NCBI GenBank assembly: GCA_046483305.1
Contig: JAWODM010000027.1
Span: 1 to 46,577 of the forward strand
Direction of reading: 5' to 3'
Origin: Candidatus Krumholzibacteriales bacterium
GTDB taxonomy: Bacteria > Krumholzibacteriota > Krumholzibacteriia > Krumholzibacteriales > WJIX01
Length of the DNA: 46,577 nucleotides
A program made the translations under genes and the position numbers. This document shows positions 1 to 9,127 of the stretch, one piece after another. Numbering within the stretch: position 1 is the first letter of the stretch; each line of letters starts with the position of its first letter. Under the pieces are notes generated by a model, which was not told where the DNA came from, searched no databases, and saw only the letters and a program-made list of their open reading frames with translations.

Positions 1-45
1 TATGAACGATAAGTAATAGAGATTCATGTAATTTAAGGAGTAACA

Positions 46-234
46 ATGGCCGTACCGAAGAGAAGAACATCCAAGTCGAGAAAGAGGAAGCGCCGGACCC
101 ACTGGAAGGCGCAGGCCCCCGGCATCACCAAATGTTCTCAGTGTCACCAGCCTAAACCGCCTCACGCCGTCTGTCCTAACTGCGGCTACTACGCCGGCAG
201 GGAGGTAATCAGCAAGGAAGAGGAAGAGGAATAG
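46..234 (+). CDS. rpmF: 50S ribosomal protein L32
   Basis: [13 protein letters not shown]-terminus, CxxC...CxxC zinc ribbon, AAGGAG SD; canonical position before plsX. Confidence 0.97.
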   Translation: MAVPKRRTSKSRKRKRRTHWKAQAPGITKCSQCHQPKPPHAVCPNCGYYAGREVISKEEEEE

Positions 235-287
235 AGATTTATCCGTTTCCGCAGTATTTCTGAGGCGGGATTCATATTGGGGACACA

Positions 288-1286
288 ATGAAGATAGCAG
301 TTGACGCAATGGGTGGAGACAGGGCTCCGGATGAGATAGTGGAAGGTGTGGTGGAGGCGGTGGCCGATACCGGAGAAGAGCTGGAGGTTGCCTTGACCGG
401 GAGGGAAGCTGAGATAACCGGCTGCTTCGACCGCCATGGTTATTCCTCTGAAAATATTGAGATAGTGAACGCCGCGGAGGTTGTGGAGATGAGCGAGAGC
501 CCGGCGGCGGCGGTAAGGAAGAAGAAGGGTTCGTCTATAGCGGTTGCCCTGACCGAACACCGGGAGGGGAGAGCGGACGCGGTATTCAGCGCCGGGAACA
601 CCGGGGCGACCGTGGCCGGTTCGCTACTTTCCCTGGGCAGGATCCCCGGGATCAGCAGGCCGGCGATAGCGATAACATACCCCAGCGACGGGGGAGACCT
701 GGTGCTGCTCGATGGCGGAGCCAACTCAGACTGCTATCCCCATCACCTGATGCAGTTCGCCTCCATGGGAGCTATTTACGCCGAGTTCTTTCTCGGCAAG
801 AAGAACCCCCGGGTGGGGCTGCTGAATATAGGCGAGGAGAAGTCCAAGGGTAACGAGCTTACCCGCGAGACATATATCCTGCTGGCCCAGAGCGACCTGA
901 ACTTCATCGGCAACGTGGAGGGCTCGGATGTCTTCGAAGGCTTAGCGGATGTGGTGGTTACCGACGGATTCGTCGGCAACACGGTTCTCAAGTTTACCGA
1001 GAGCGTGATATTTTATATTATGAGGATATTGAAAGAGGCCGCGGGAGGTTCGCTGATGTCGAAGACGGGGATGCTGTTCATGAAGCCGGCCCTGAGAAAA
1101 CTTAAAAGGAAACTCGATTACGCCGAGTACGGGGCGATGCCCCTGCTGGGGATAAACGGTTCCGTCTTTATCGGCCACGGCGGTTCAAGCGCCAGGGCGA
1201 TAAGGAGCGGGCTGCTGTCCATCGTCCAGTATCACAGCAGCGGCGTGAACGACAGGATTATCAGCCGAATGAAGGGAGACAGCTGA
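288..1286 (+). CDS. plsX: Phosphate acyltransferase PlsX
   Basis: IAVDAMGGD, SAGNTGA, LLNIGEEKSKG, VVTDGFVGN motifs; rpmF-plsX-fabH synteny. Confidence 0.97.
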   Translation: MKIAVDAMGGDRAPDEIVEGVVEAVADTGEELEVALTGREAEITGCFDRHGYSSENIEIVNAAEVVEMSESPAAAVRKKKGSSIAVALTEHREGRADAVFSAGNTGATVAGSLLSLGRIPGISRPAIAITYPSDGGDLVLLDGGANSDCYPHHLMQFASMGAIYAEFFLGKKNPRVGLLNIGEEKSKGNELTRETYILLAQSDLNFIGNVEGSDVFEGLADVVVTDGFVGNTVLKFTESVIFYIMRILKEAAGGSLMSKTGMLFMKPALRKLKRKLDYAEYGAMPLLGINGSVFIGHGGSSARAIRSGLLSIVQYHSSGVNDRIISRMKGDS

Positions 1287-2291
1287 TTGAGCTCTAATAA
1301 GGATGCAAGAGGCGTCTGTATTACCGGTATCGGTTGCTATGTTCCGGAGAGGGTTCTGACCAACCAGGACCTGGAGAAGATGGTGGATACCTCGGATGAA
1401 TGGATCGTGACCAGGACCGGGATCAGGGAAAGAAGGATAGTCGCCGAAGATCAGGCGGCCAGCGACCTGGCCTACAACGCCTCGGTGGAAGCAATGAAGA
1501 AGGCGGGAGTGAAGGGGAAGGACCTGGACCAGATAATAGTGGCGACCGCCACCTCCGATATGATCTTTCCCTCCACGGCGTGCCTGATTCAGGACCGGCT
1601 GGGCGCAAAAAACGCCGCCGCCTACGACCTGACCGCCGCCTGCTCGGGGTTTATTTTCGGGCTTTCAATGGCCCATTCGATGATATTGACAGGCAAGGCG
1701 GAAAAGATACTGGTAGTCGGCTCTGAGATTCTCTCAAGTATGACGGATTACACCGACCGGAAAACCTGTGTCCTCTTCGGAGACGGAGCCGGGGCAGTGG
1801 TGGTGGAGCCCTGCGAAGCCGGGAAAGGGATTCTGGCGACCTATATTCGCTCGGACGGAGCATACACCGACCTGCTTTATAAGCCGGGAGGCGGTTCACG
1901 GATGCCGCTTACCCCTGAGAGGCTCAAGCAGGGGAAGCAGTACATTCATATGAAGGGCGACGGACTATTCAAATACGCGGTCAAGGCGATGGTGAGCGCC
2001 GCCAGAAAGACCGCGAAAGAGGCCGGGTTGACCACCGAGGATGTGGACTACCTGATACCCCACCAGGCGAATATCAGGATCATCGAAGGGGTTAGAAAAA
2101 GGTTGAAGCTGAAGAAGGAACAGGTAATAGTTAATATAGATAGAATCGGCAACACCTCGTCAGCCAGCATACCTATAGCGTGGTGTGAGTTCGAACGCGA
2201 CCATCCGGAAAGGATCTCCGAGGGGGATCTGTTCATGCTGGTCGCATTCGGCGGAGGGCTGACCTGGGGCGCAGTGCTTTACAAAAAGTAA
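1287..2291 (+). CDS. fabH: Beta-ketoacyl-ACP synthase III
   Basis: DTSDEWIVTRTGI, AACSGF (Cys), HQAN, GNTSSASIP, FGGGLTWG; TTG start directly after the plsX stop. Confidence 0.97.
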   Translation: MSSNKDARGVCITGIGCYVPERVLTNQDLEKMVDTSDEWIVTRTGIRERRIVAEDQAASDLAYNASVEAMKKAGVKGKDLDQIIVATATSDMIFPSTACLIQDRLGAKNAAAYDLTAACSGFIFGLSMAHSMILTGKAEKILVVGSEILSSMTDYTDRKTCVLFGDGAGAVVVEPCEAGKGILATYIRSDGAYTDLLYKPGGGSRMPLTPERLKQGKQYIHMKGDGLFKYAVKAMVSAARKTAKEAGLTTEDVDYLIPHQANIRIIEGVRKRLKLKKEQVIVNIDRIGNTSSASIPIAWCEFERDHPERISEGDLFMLVAFGGGLTWGAVLYKK

Positions 2292-2327
2292 GAATTTATT
2301 CGATTTTAACCGGGGAGAAGCATTTTA

Positions 2328-3275
2328 ATGAGAGCAGCAATGATATTTCCGGGCCAGGGCTCACAGTTCGTGGGGATGGGAAAGGACCTCTACGCCGAGT
2401 TTCCCGTGGCCAGAGAGGTCTACGATATGGCGGACGAAGCGCTCGGCTTCAAAATGACCGAGCTATGCTTTGACGGCGAGAAGGAGATACTCACCGAAAC
2501 CAGGAACGCCCAGCCGGCCATACTGATTCACAGCGTGGCGGTAATGGAGGTTCTCAGGGAAGAGATCGGCCTGGAGCCGTCGGTCACAGCCGGCCACAGC
2601 CTGGGCGAGTACACCGCCCTGGTAGCGGCGGGGGTTTTCGATCCCATGGACGCCCTGAAGGTAGTTCGCCGGCGCGGCGAACTGATGTTCCGCGCCGGAC
2701 AGAAACACCCCGGCACCATGGCGGCAATCCTGGGAATGGACCGTCAGCAGGTTAGCCGGATCTGCGCCGGAGTGTCCACTCCCGGTAACGTGGTGGTGCT
2801 GGCCAACATCAACTGTCCAGGGCAGATAGTTATCTCCGGGCATGTGGATGCGGTGAATTCAGCGATGGAAGAGGCCGCTGAGCAGGGAGCCAGAAAGGTA
2901 GTCCCCCTGACCGTCAGCGGGGCCTTTCACTCGCCCCTGGTCGCCGAAGCCGAGGGAGAACTGGTAGAGTACATAAACAGTTTCGAAATCAATGACGCCA
3001 GCGTAGAGGTTATCTCCAACGCCGGCGCAAATCCTGTCCGGACCAGAGAAGAAATCGTGGATAGCCTCTCCAGGCAGCTTACCAACCCGGTCCTCTGGGA
3101 GGACTCCATGCGGGTTATGCTGGATAAGGTCGATGAGGAACCGGTGCTGGAACTGGGCCCCGGCAGGGTGCTGACCGGGCTGATGAAGAGAATCGACCGG
3201 AGCCGGCCGGTTACCGCATGCGGCACCGCCGGAGAGGTCAAGAAATTGGTTGCCGAAACGGTCAGGTTGACATAA
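2328..3275 (+). CDS. fabD: Malonyl-CoA:ACP transacylase
   Basis: FPGQGSQ, GHSLGEY, VSGAFHS, ELGPGRVL motifs. Confidence 0.97.
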   Translation: MRAAMIFPGQGSQFVGMGKDLYAEFPVAREVYDMADEALGFKMTELCFDGEKEILTETRNAQPAILIHSVAVMEVLREEIGLEPSVTAGHSLGEYTALVAAGVFDPMDALKVVRRRGELMFRAGQKHPGTMAAILGMDRQQVSRICAGVSTPGNVVVLANINCPGQIVISGHVDAVNSAMEEAAEQGARKVVPLTVSGAFHSPLVAEAEGELVEYINSFEINDASVEVISNAGANPVRTREEIVDSLSRQLTNPVLWEDSMRVMLDKVDEEPVLELGPGRVLTGLMKRIDRSRPVTACGTAGEVKKLVAETVRLT

Positions 3276-3319
3276 AGTTTCTTTACTGAATTAATATTTT
3301 GTGATAGAGAGTTGTTTCT

Positions 3320-4066
3320 ATGTTAGAGGTTGACGGAAAGACGGCGGTCATTACCGGAGCGGGACGAGGCATAGGCAGGGATATAGCAATATTTCTTGCC
3401 GGAGCCGGAGTCGACTGCGCGGTGGTGGATATCGACCTGGAGGGCGCGGAGCGCACCGCGGCCCTGGTTAAGGAGGCCGGCGCTGAGGCCAGGCCTCTCA
3501 AATGCAATATCGCCGATAAGGATGAAGTTGCCGCCTGCGTGGCGGAAATCCTCGACTGGAAGGAGCAGGTCCACTTCCTGGTAAACAACGCCGGGATTAC
3601 CCGGGACAATCTTCTTCTCAGGATGAAGGATGACCAGTGGGAGGATGTGCTCAGGGTGAACCTGAGCGGAGCGTTCAACTTTACCAGGGCGATGGCCAGG
3701 CATATGCTCAAGAACAGGTTCGGCAGGATAGTTAATATCTCATCGGTGATAGGCCTGATCGGGAACGCCGGCCAGTCCAACTACGCGGCCAGCAAGGCGG
3801 GCCTTATCGGGTTCACCAAGTCGGTGGCCAGAGAGCTGGCCCCCAGGGGTATTACTGCCAACGCCATTGCGCCCGGGTTCATCCAGACCGCAATGACCGA
3901 TCAGCTCCCGGAAGATGTCAAAAAGGGCATGCTGGAAAGCATCCCGCTGGGCAGATTCGGGAGCGGAAAAGATGTTGCCTCTATTGTGCTTTTTCTTATT
4001 TCCGGGCTGGGAAGTTACGTTACGGGCCAGGTAATAAATTGTGACGGTGGCATGGTAATGGATTAA
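3320..4066 (+). CDS. fabG: 3-oxoacyl-ACP reductase
   Basis: TGAGRGIG, NNAGITRD, YAASK SDR motifs in the fab operon. Confidence 0.96.
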   Translation: MLEVDGKTAVITGAGRGIGRDIAIFLAGAGVDCAVVDIDLEGAERTAALVKEAGAEARPLKCNIADKDEVAACVAEILDWKEQVHFLVNNAGITRDNLLLRMKDDQWEDVLRVNLSGAFNFTRAMARHMLKNRFGRIVNISSVIGLIGNAGQSNYAASKAGLIGFTKSVARELAPRGITANAIAPGFIQTAMTDQLPEDVKKGMLESIPLGRFGSGKDVASIVLFLISGLGSYVTGQVINCDGGMVMD

Positions 4067-4098
4067 ACCGATGCCGTAGACAGGAGGTATGACAGGAG

Positions 4099-4335
4099 AT
4101 GTCGCATAAGGATAGAGTTATCGAAGTGATCGAAGAGCAACTTTCGGTTAACCGTGATCAGATAAAAGAGGATGCTTCCTTTATAGATGATCTCGGAGCC
4201 GATTCACTGGACACGGTTGAATTAGTTATGGCTCTGGAAGAGGAATTCAGCATGGAGATCCCGGATGAGGAAGCGGAAAAGATCACCACGGTGGGCGAAG
4301 CCATCAAATACGTAGACGAGAACGTTAAGGAATAG
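4099..4335 (+). CDS. acpP: Acyl carrier protein
   Basis: [20 protein letters not shown] phosphopantetheine site; AGGAGG SD. Confidence 0.98.
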   Translation: MSHKDRVIEVIEEQLSVNRDQIKEDASFIDDLGADSLDTVELVMALEEEFSMEIPDEEAEKITTVGEAIKYVDENVKE

Positions 4336-4385
4336 ATAGTTATTTAAAATGCCCGGGGGCTGCATGGTGCCGGGCGCCGAATTCT

Positions 4386-4425
4386 CAGGGGCAGAGCCGG
4401 CCCGGCGGGCCGGGCTCTGTTCCTG
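4386..4425 (+). other. Long GC-rich RNA stem-loop between acpP and fabF (stabiliser, attenuator or RNase III site candidate)
   Basis: CAGGGGCAGAGCCGGCCC-GGC-GGGCCGGGCTCTGTTCCTG forms 18 bp with two G-U pairs and one bulge; no strong U-tract. Confidence 0.6.
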
Positions 4426-4452
4426 TTATCAGTATCCAGACGGGGGAGGAAA

Positions 4453-5685
4453 ATGTCCAAACGAAGAGTGGTTGTCACCGGGATGGGGCTGATCAGCCCG
4501 TGCGGGAAAACTGTTGGGGAGAGCTGGGATAATATAAAGAATGGCAATTCCGGCATAGACCTGATTAAAGCTTTTGACGTGAGTGAATACAGGAGTCAGA
4601 TGGGCGGAGAGGTAAAGGACTTCGATCCCACCGATTATATCGACAAGAAGCAGTCAAAGAGAATGGACCGGTTCTCCCAGTTTGGTATCGCCGCATCCCG
4701 GGAACTTATGGAGGACGCAGGGCTTGAAGGTATAGACCCCGAGAGGGTAGCCACCATAATAGGATCCGGTATCGGGGGTATTCAGACATTCGAGGAGCAG
4801 CATGCCAGGCTGATGAAGAGGGGGCCGGGAAAGATAAGCCCGTTCTTTATCCCGATGATGATCTCCGATATGGTTGCCGGGCTGATATCGATTGAGTACG
4901 GATTCAAAGGCCCGAATTTTACCACGGTATCCGCCTGCGCGTCAGGGGGCCACGCCATTTCAGCCGCTTTCATGAGTATCAGGAACGGTTACTGCGACGC
5001 CGCGGTTACCGGCGGAGCGGAGGCCACCATCTCCCCGATGGCGCTGGGCGGTTTCTGCTCCATGAAGGCGCTCTCCACCAGGAACGACGATCCCGTGGCG
5101 GCCAGCCGGCCGTTCGACAGGGACAGGGACGGCTTTGTCATGTCCGAGGGATCCGGACTCATCTTTCTGGAAGAGCTGGAGCATGCCAGAAAGAGAGGCG
5201 CCGGGATCCACGCCGAGCTGATCGGGACGGGAATGACCGCGGACGCCTATCACATGACCTCCCCGGTGCCGGGAGGAGAGGGGGCGGCCCGGGCAATGAG
5301 AATGGCGCTTGCCGACGCGGGGCTGAGCCCCGATGATATCGATTACATCAACGCCCACGGCACTTCAACCCCATACAACGACCCCGCCGAATCTCAAGCA
5401 ATCCGGGATGTCTTCGGGGAAGACAGCAGGGTGCTGGTGAGCTCCACCAAGTCAACCACCGGCCACCTTCTGGGAGCGGCCGCGGGACTGGAGGCGGTGG
5501 CTTCGGTAATGGCGATTAAGGAAGGGATAGTTCCGCCCACCGTGAACCTGGAGAATGTGGATGAAGAATGCCGGCTCAATCATGTCACGGAAGCCCGGGA
5601 AGAGGATTTGGGTCCGGTGGTCAGCAACTCCTTCGGTTTTGGCGGGCACAACGTGAGTCTGGTGTTTACTCATTTTACAGGCTGA
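4453..5685 (+). CDS. fabF: Beta-ketoacyl-ACP synthase II
   Basis: RRVVVTGMG, SACASG, NAHGTST, GHLLGAA, NSFGFGGHN. Confidence 0.97.
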   Translation: MSKRRVVVTGMGLISPCGKTVGESWDNIKNGNSGIDLIKAFDVSEYRSQMGGEVKDFDPTDYIDKKQSKRMDRFSQFGIAASRELMEDAGLEGIDPERVATIIGSGIGGIQTFEEQHARLMKRGPGKISPFFIPMMISDMVAGLISIEYGFKGPNFTTVSACASGGHAISAAFMSIRNGYCDAAVTGGAEATISPMALGGFCSMKALSTRNDDPVAASRPFDRDRDGFVMSEGSGLIFLEELEHARKRGAGIHAELIGTGMTADAYHMTSPVPGGEGAARAMRMALADAGLSPDDIDYINAHGTSTPYNDPAESQAIRDVFGEDSRVLVSSTKSTTGHLLGAAAGLEAVASVMAIKEGIVPPTVNLENVDEECRLNHVTEAREEDLGPVVSNSFGFGGHNVSLVFTHFTG

Positions 5686-5703
5686 TTAAGTAAACCTAAT
5701 CTA

Positions 5704-6462
5704 ATGGACGAATATAAGAAACGGATCAGGAATTTCCTAGAGGGGAGCAGCTCGGACTCGGGTTGCCACCTGGATGAGCTGGAAGATAAGATCGGCTACC
5801 GTTTCGAGAGCAGGGACAACCTCCTGGAAGCGCTCACTCACAGCTCCATACTGGGGGATCTCTCCTTGAGAAAGGATGCCACCACCTACGAAAGGCTGGA
5901 ATTTCTCGGCGACGCCGTTCTTGGCCTGGTTTCCACCGAACTGCTGATGCGGGAGTACCCCGACGAGAACGAGGGGCAGCTGACCAAGAAGAAATCTCTG
6001 CTGGTCAGCACAGGGCTGCTGGCCAAGAAGGCGGAAAAACTTAAGCTTAATCACCACATCATACTGAGCAAGAACGCGTTTATCGGGGGAGTACAGGATA
6101 GAGACTCCATCCAGGCAGCCGTGCTGGAGGCGATTATCGGAGCCATGTACCTGGATGGCGGTTACGGCCCGGCCAGAAAATTCATAGAGAATTATATACT
6201 GGATAATGTAGAAGACGATATTCAGCATCGCGACCATATCAACTACAAGAGCGAAATGCAGGAGCTGACTCAGAAGATATACGGAGTCTATCCCGGCTAC
6301 CTGGTCAAAACCACCAGGGGCCCCGAACATGACAAGATGTTCTGGGTGGAGGTGGAGATAGAGGGGAGAGTAGTAGGGAGCGGCAGGGGAAGCAGCAAGA
6401 AGGACGCCGAGCAGATGGCGGCCAAAGAGGGGCTGGCCAGGTTGAAGAAGGAGATGGAGTAG
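5704..6462 (+). CDS. rnc: Ribonuclease III
   Basis: ALTHSS, YERLEFLGDAVL signature, C-terminal dsRBD (GPEHDKMF...GSSKKDAEQMAA); second acidic motif reads AAVLEA. Confidence 0.96.
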   Translation: MDEYKKRIRNFLEGSSSDSGCHLDELEDKIGYRFESRDNLLEALTHSSILGDLSLRKDATTYERLEFLGDAVLGLVSTELLMREYPDENEGQLTKKKSLLVSTGLLAKKAEKLKLNHHIILSKNAFIGGVQDRDSIQAAVLEAIIGAMYLDGGYGPARKFIENYILDNVEDDIQHRDHINYKSEMQELTQKIYGVYPGYLVKTTRGPEHDKMFWVEVEIEGRVVGSGRGSSKKDAEQMAAKEGLARLKKEME

Positions 6463-6466
6463 CAGC

Positions 6467-6967
6467 ATGAGCGACAAAACGTCTGCAAAAAAGAAGAAGG
6501 CTGAATTTCCATTCGTGTTCGGGGCGGACATCGATTATCTCTGTGAGGAGTGCGAGCTGCCCTGTCAGCTTGACACCATAAATCTTGACTGCTACCGCAG
6601 GTTCTTTCTGCGGGGGCTGGCCCACTGTTCATACTTCGTATACGGTTACTGCTTTCTGACCGACCAGCCGGGTTGCGTCTTTGACAACGGGGGAAGGCAT
6701 GATAGCTACTGGCTGAACCTCCTTAATCAATATTTCCATAATGTCAATCAGCGTGAAATGACTGGAGAGCAGGCCAGGGGGAGGGAAGAGGTCACAAAAC
6801 TGATTGAAGATCAGATTGCCAGGAGCGATGTGATGCTCTGCCGCTATCTGGAGGAGTACTATAACCGGATAATGGAGATCGGCGGAGGGCTCAGCGAGGA
6901 AGTCCTGTCCAGGCTGGACGAAGCTTACCTTTCTCTGCTTAGAGGTATCTCCCGCAAGACCGATTAA
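6467..6967 (+). CDS. Hypothetical Cys-rich cytoplasmic protein (possible Zn/Fe-S binding)
   Basis: 166-aa ORF starting 4 nt after the rnc stop with GGAG SD; 7 clustered Cys; no signal peptide. Confidence 0.75.
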   Translation: MSDKTSAKKKKAEFPFVFGADIDYLCEECELPCQLDTINLDCYRRFFLRGLAHCSYFVYGYCFLTDQPGCVFDNGGRHDSYWLNLLNQYFHNVNQREMTGEQARGREEVTKLIEDQIARSDVMLCRYLEEYYNRIMEIGGGLSEEVLSRLDEAYLSLLRGISRKTD

Positions 6968-6983
6968 CCGGCCGGTTTTCGAT

Positions 6984-8318
6984 TTAGAACCTGTAGGATC
7001 CCGAAACGGTGAACTGGGTTATTTCTTCGGTTTCGCTGAGATAATCGCTTTCTTTTTCGAACCTGCCGATAGCGACCGCTGCGTCGATCATTATCACTTC
7101 ATCGATCAGGCCACCCGCTCCAAAGGTAAAGAACTGCCGCTCCTTCAGAACATCGAACTGGCCCCACTCGGATACTATCCAGTATTCGAAACCGTCCACC
7201 AGTTCTTCTTCCTCGACATAAGCGATTTCCTCAAACCCGGTGTATCTGGAGGGCATATAGGTATATCCCCCCCGCAGCTTTACCGGGTAGTTGGGGATGG
7301 TGATTTCCAGACCGGCGCTGAAATCAACTACCTCGTTAAGGATATCCTCTTCGGGATAGAGCTCGTTGAAGAGCCTGGTTCCGTTATATTTGGTCTGGCT
7401 GTAGTCGCAGTACTCCGCGTCGGCGGTGACCAGAAAATTCGCCAGCTGGTAGCTGAGTCCGAATCTGAACTTCATCGGCAGGGTGTATTCATCCTCTATG
7501 TAATAGAAGGAAGGATCGGTCTCCCATGCGGTTCCGTCCGAAAAGTTCCCGATGTAATCCTCTACCGCGTCCCCGTCGAAAGATATCCAGGCCGGGGAGG
7601 TCGCCTTGAAACCGAAATTCAGATCTCTGGTAATCTTGTACATCATTCCGAACTCCAGGCTGACACCGTCCATATCAGCGGAGGTGTTGTCCGTAAAGGT
7701 GTAGCCGGACAGATCTCCGGTGCTTTCAAAATGCAGTTCCTCTGTATACTCCAGCGACTGGTCCCATACCACTAAATTGGCCCCGATCGACGCCCGGGGG
7801 GATATGTCCACTCCAGCTCCGAACCGGTACTGGTAGAGAGATCCGCTCTGAGTCAGCCGGTTTTCGATCACTCCGCCAAGGTCCGGCCTGACAGATGTTT
7901 TGAACTGCTCGCGATCGGCGCTTCCGACCCTGAATACCCCGAAAGCCAGCACCAGCGATCCCCGGTAGGTCGGATAGGGATAGGAAAAGGACAGGTGGCC
8001 GATTCCGGTGGTGGAAAAGGGAAGCTCCGATTTATAGCCGGAATATTCAAGGGCCACGTCATTTCTTACGTGATCGATCCCGAGGGTGAACTCCTTCTTC
8101 CTGATCTGCGCCAGCCCCGCCGGATTATAAACCAGTCCGTAAGCGTCATCGCTGACAGATGTATACGCCCCGCCCAGGGCGATCGGCCTTGCTCCCGCCT
8201 CCCTGGTGCTGATCAGGTTCATTCTGTTAAGCTGAAGAACACCCAGTGTCTGCCCGTTAGCAGCCGCTGCCGCCATAATAAACAGCAGAACGGCCGCTGA
8301 AATCTTTTTGTAATTCAA
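6984..8318 (-). CDS. Outer-membrane beta-barrel, OmpP1/FadL (PorV-like) family
   Basis: Sec signal peptide; GARPIALGGAYTSVSDDAYGLVYNPAGLA family motif; C-terminal beta-signal SGSYRF. Confidence 0.85.
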   Translation of the reverse strand: MNYKKISAAVLLFIMAAAAANGQTLGVLQLNRMNLISTREAGARPIALGGAYTSVSDDAYGLVYNPAGLAQIRKKEFTLGIDHVRNDVALEYSGYKSELPFSTTGIGHLSFSYPYPTYRGSLVLAFGVFRVGSADREQFKTSVRPDLGGVIENRLTQSGSLYQYRFGAGVDISPRASIGANLVVWDQSLEYTEELHFESTGDLSGYTFTDNTSADMDGVSLEFGMMYKITRDLNFGFKATSPAWISFDGDAVEDYIGNFSDGTAWETDPSFYYIEDEYTLPMKFRFGLSYQLANFLVTADAEYCDYSQTKYNGTRLFNELYPEEDILNEVVDFSAGLEITIPNYPVKLRGGYTYMPSRYTGFEEIAYVEEEELVDGFEYWIVSEWGQFDVLKERQFFTFGAGGLIDEVIMIDAAVAIGRFEKESDYLSETEEITQFTVSGSYRF

Positions 8319-8378
8319 GGTTCACCTCTGCTCTCAGGATTACAGGTTTCTGGTTTTACTTCCCGGCTCTATCCGCTT

Positions 8379-8906
8379 TCAGTCTCTGTCCCTGCTGCTT
8401 CTCTTCTTTTTCCCGCTGGAGCTTCTTCTCTTGTCGGAGCTGCTTGAATCCCGGGCTTCCGACCGGGACCTCGTATCCCTGGCCTTTCGCACTTTCCTGA
8501 CCTTGTGATCGCTTTTCTTCAGGGAAGAAGGGGCAACCGGCGATACGTCCGGCAGTTCGCGGCTGCGTATATCGCTTCTGGCTCCGGCTTCCCCGCTGCC
8601 CCTGGTCCTGAAATCCCTTCCCGGGATAACAGACCTGGTAAAGGCGCCGCCGTTCTCTTCCATTATGAGTATTTCGCTGTGCCACCAGGGTTCGTAGTAG
8701 TAGGCGCCCCAGATCCCGGGATAGGGCGCTCTGCCGTAACTGTGGTGGAAGAATGCGCCGGTGTGGCAGTCATAGCAGGATGAGTATTCGTAGTCGTAGG
8801 AAGAGGTCTCTACGGCTGGGTGATTAAGCACCGTATAACATCCGGAAGATATAAGCAGGATGGCAAGAATCAGGAACGGCCGGTTAATGCTGCTATTTAT
8901 ATTCAT
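8379..8906 (-). CDS. Lipoprotein with a CxxCH motif, aromatic-rich segment and Arg/Ser-rich tail
   Basis: Start re-set to ATG 8906 because a consensus promoter lies inside the longer ORF; lipobox ISSG-C; CYDCH at 8763-8777. Confidence 0.75.
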   Translation of the reverse strand: MNINSSINRPFLILAILLISSGCYTVLNHPAVETSSYDYEYSSCYDCHTGAFFHHSYGRAPYPGIWGAYYYEPWWHSEILIMEENGGAFTRSVIPGRDFRTRGSGEAGARSDIRSRELPDVSPVAPSSLKKSDHKVRKVRKARDTRSRSEARDSSSSDKRRSSSGKKKRSSRDRD

Positions 8907-8922
8907 CTTTCTCACCCTAGTT

Positions 8923-8951
8923 ATTATAATCCACCGGCCCTGCGATGTCAA
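8923..8951 (-). promoter_or_regulatory. Consensus sigma70 promoter for the lipoprotein-barrel operon
   Basis: Minus strand TTGACA (8951-8946)-N17-TATAAT (8928-8923), perfect consensus. Confidence 0.85.
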
Positions 8952-9062
8952 CAAGGCGAATCCGGGTCTTCTTCTGTTCGCCTCCGCTGTTGGCGGTAAA
9001 TTTCTTGCCACCAGGAAGTGTATCAGGGTATCATTACTGTTCCGCAGATCCCCTGTTTTAAC

Positions 9063-9091
9063 TTGAAACGATATTAAAAATATGATAATTT
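9063..9091 (+). promoter_or_regulatory. Putative sigma70 promoter of the lipoprotein array
   Basis: TTGAAA-N17-TAATTT with extended -10 TG. Confidence 0.5.
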
Positions 9092-9127
9092 ATAAATATA
9101 TCCTGAAGGTTTTTCCGGGGGAATATT

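Noticed and set aside
3267..3297. Internal promoter before fabG (TTGACA overlapping the fabD end)
   Set aside because: No good -10 at 16-18 nt spacing.
6966..6977. AACCGGCCGGTT palindrome between convergent genes as a bidirectional terminator
   Set aside because: Stem too short once a loop is allowed; weak support.
8907..9011. N-terminal extension of ORF 8379..9011
   Set aside because: Contains a perfect sigma70 promoter and precedes the signal peptide; the real start is ATG 8906.
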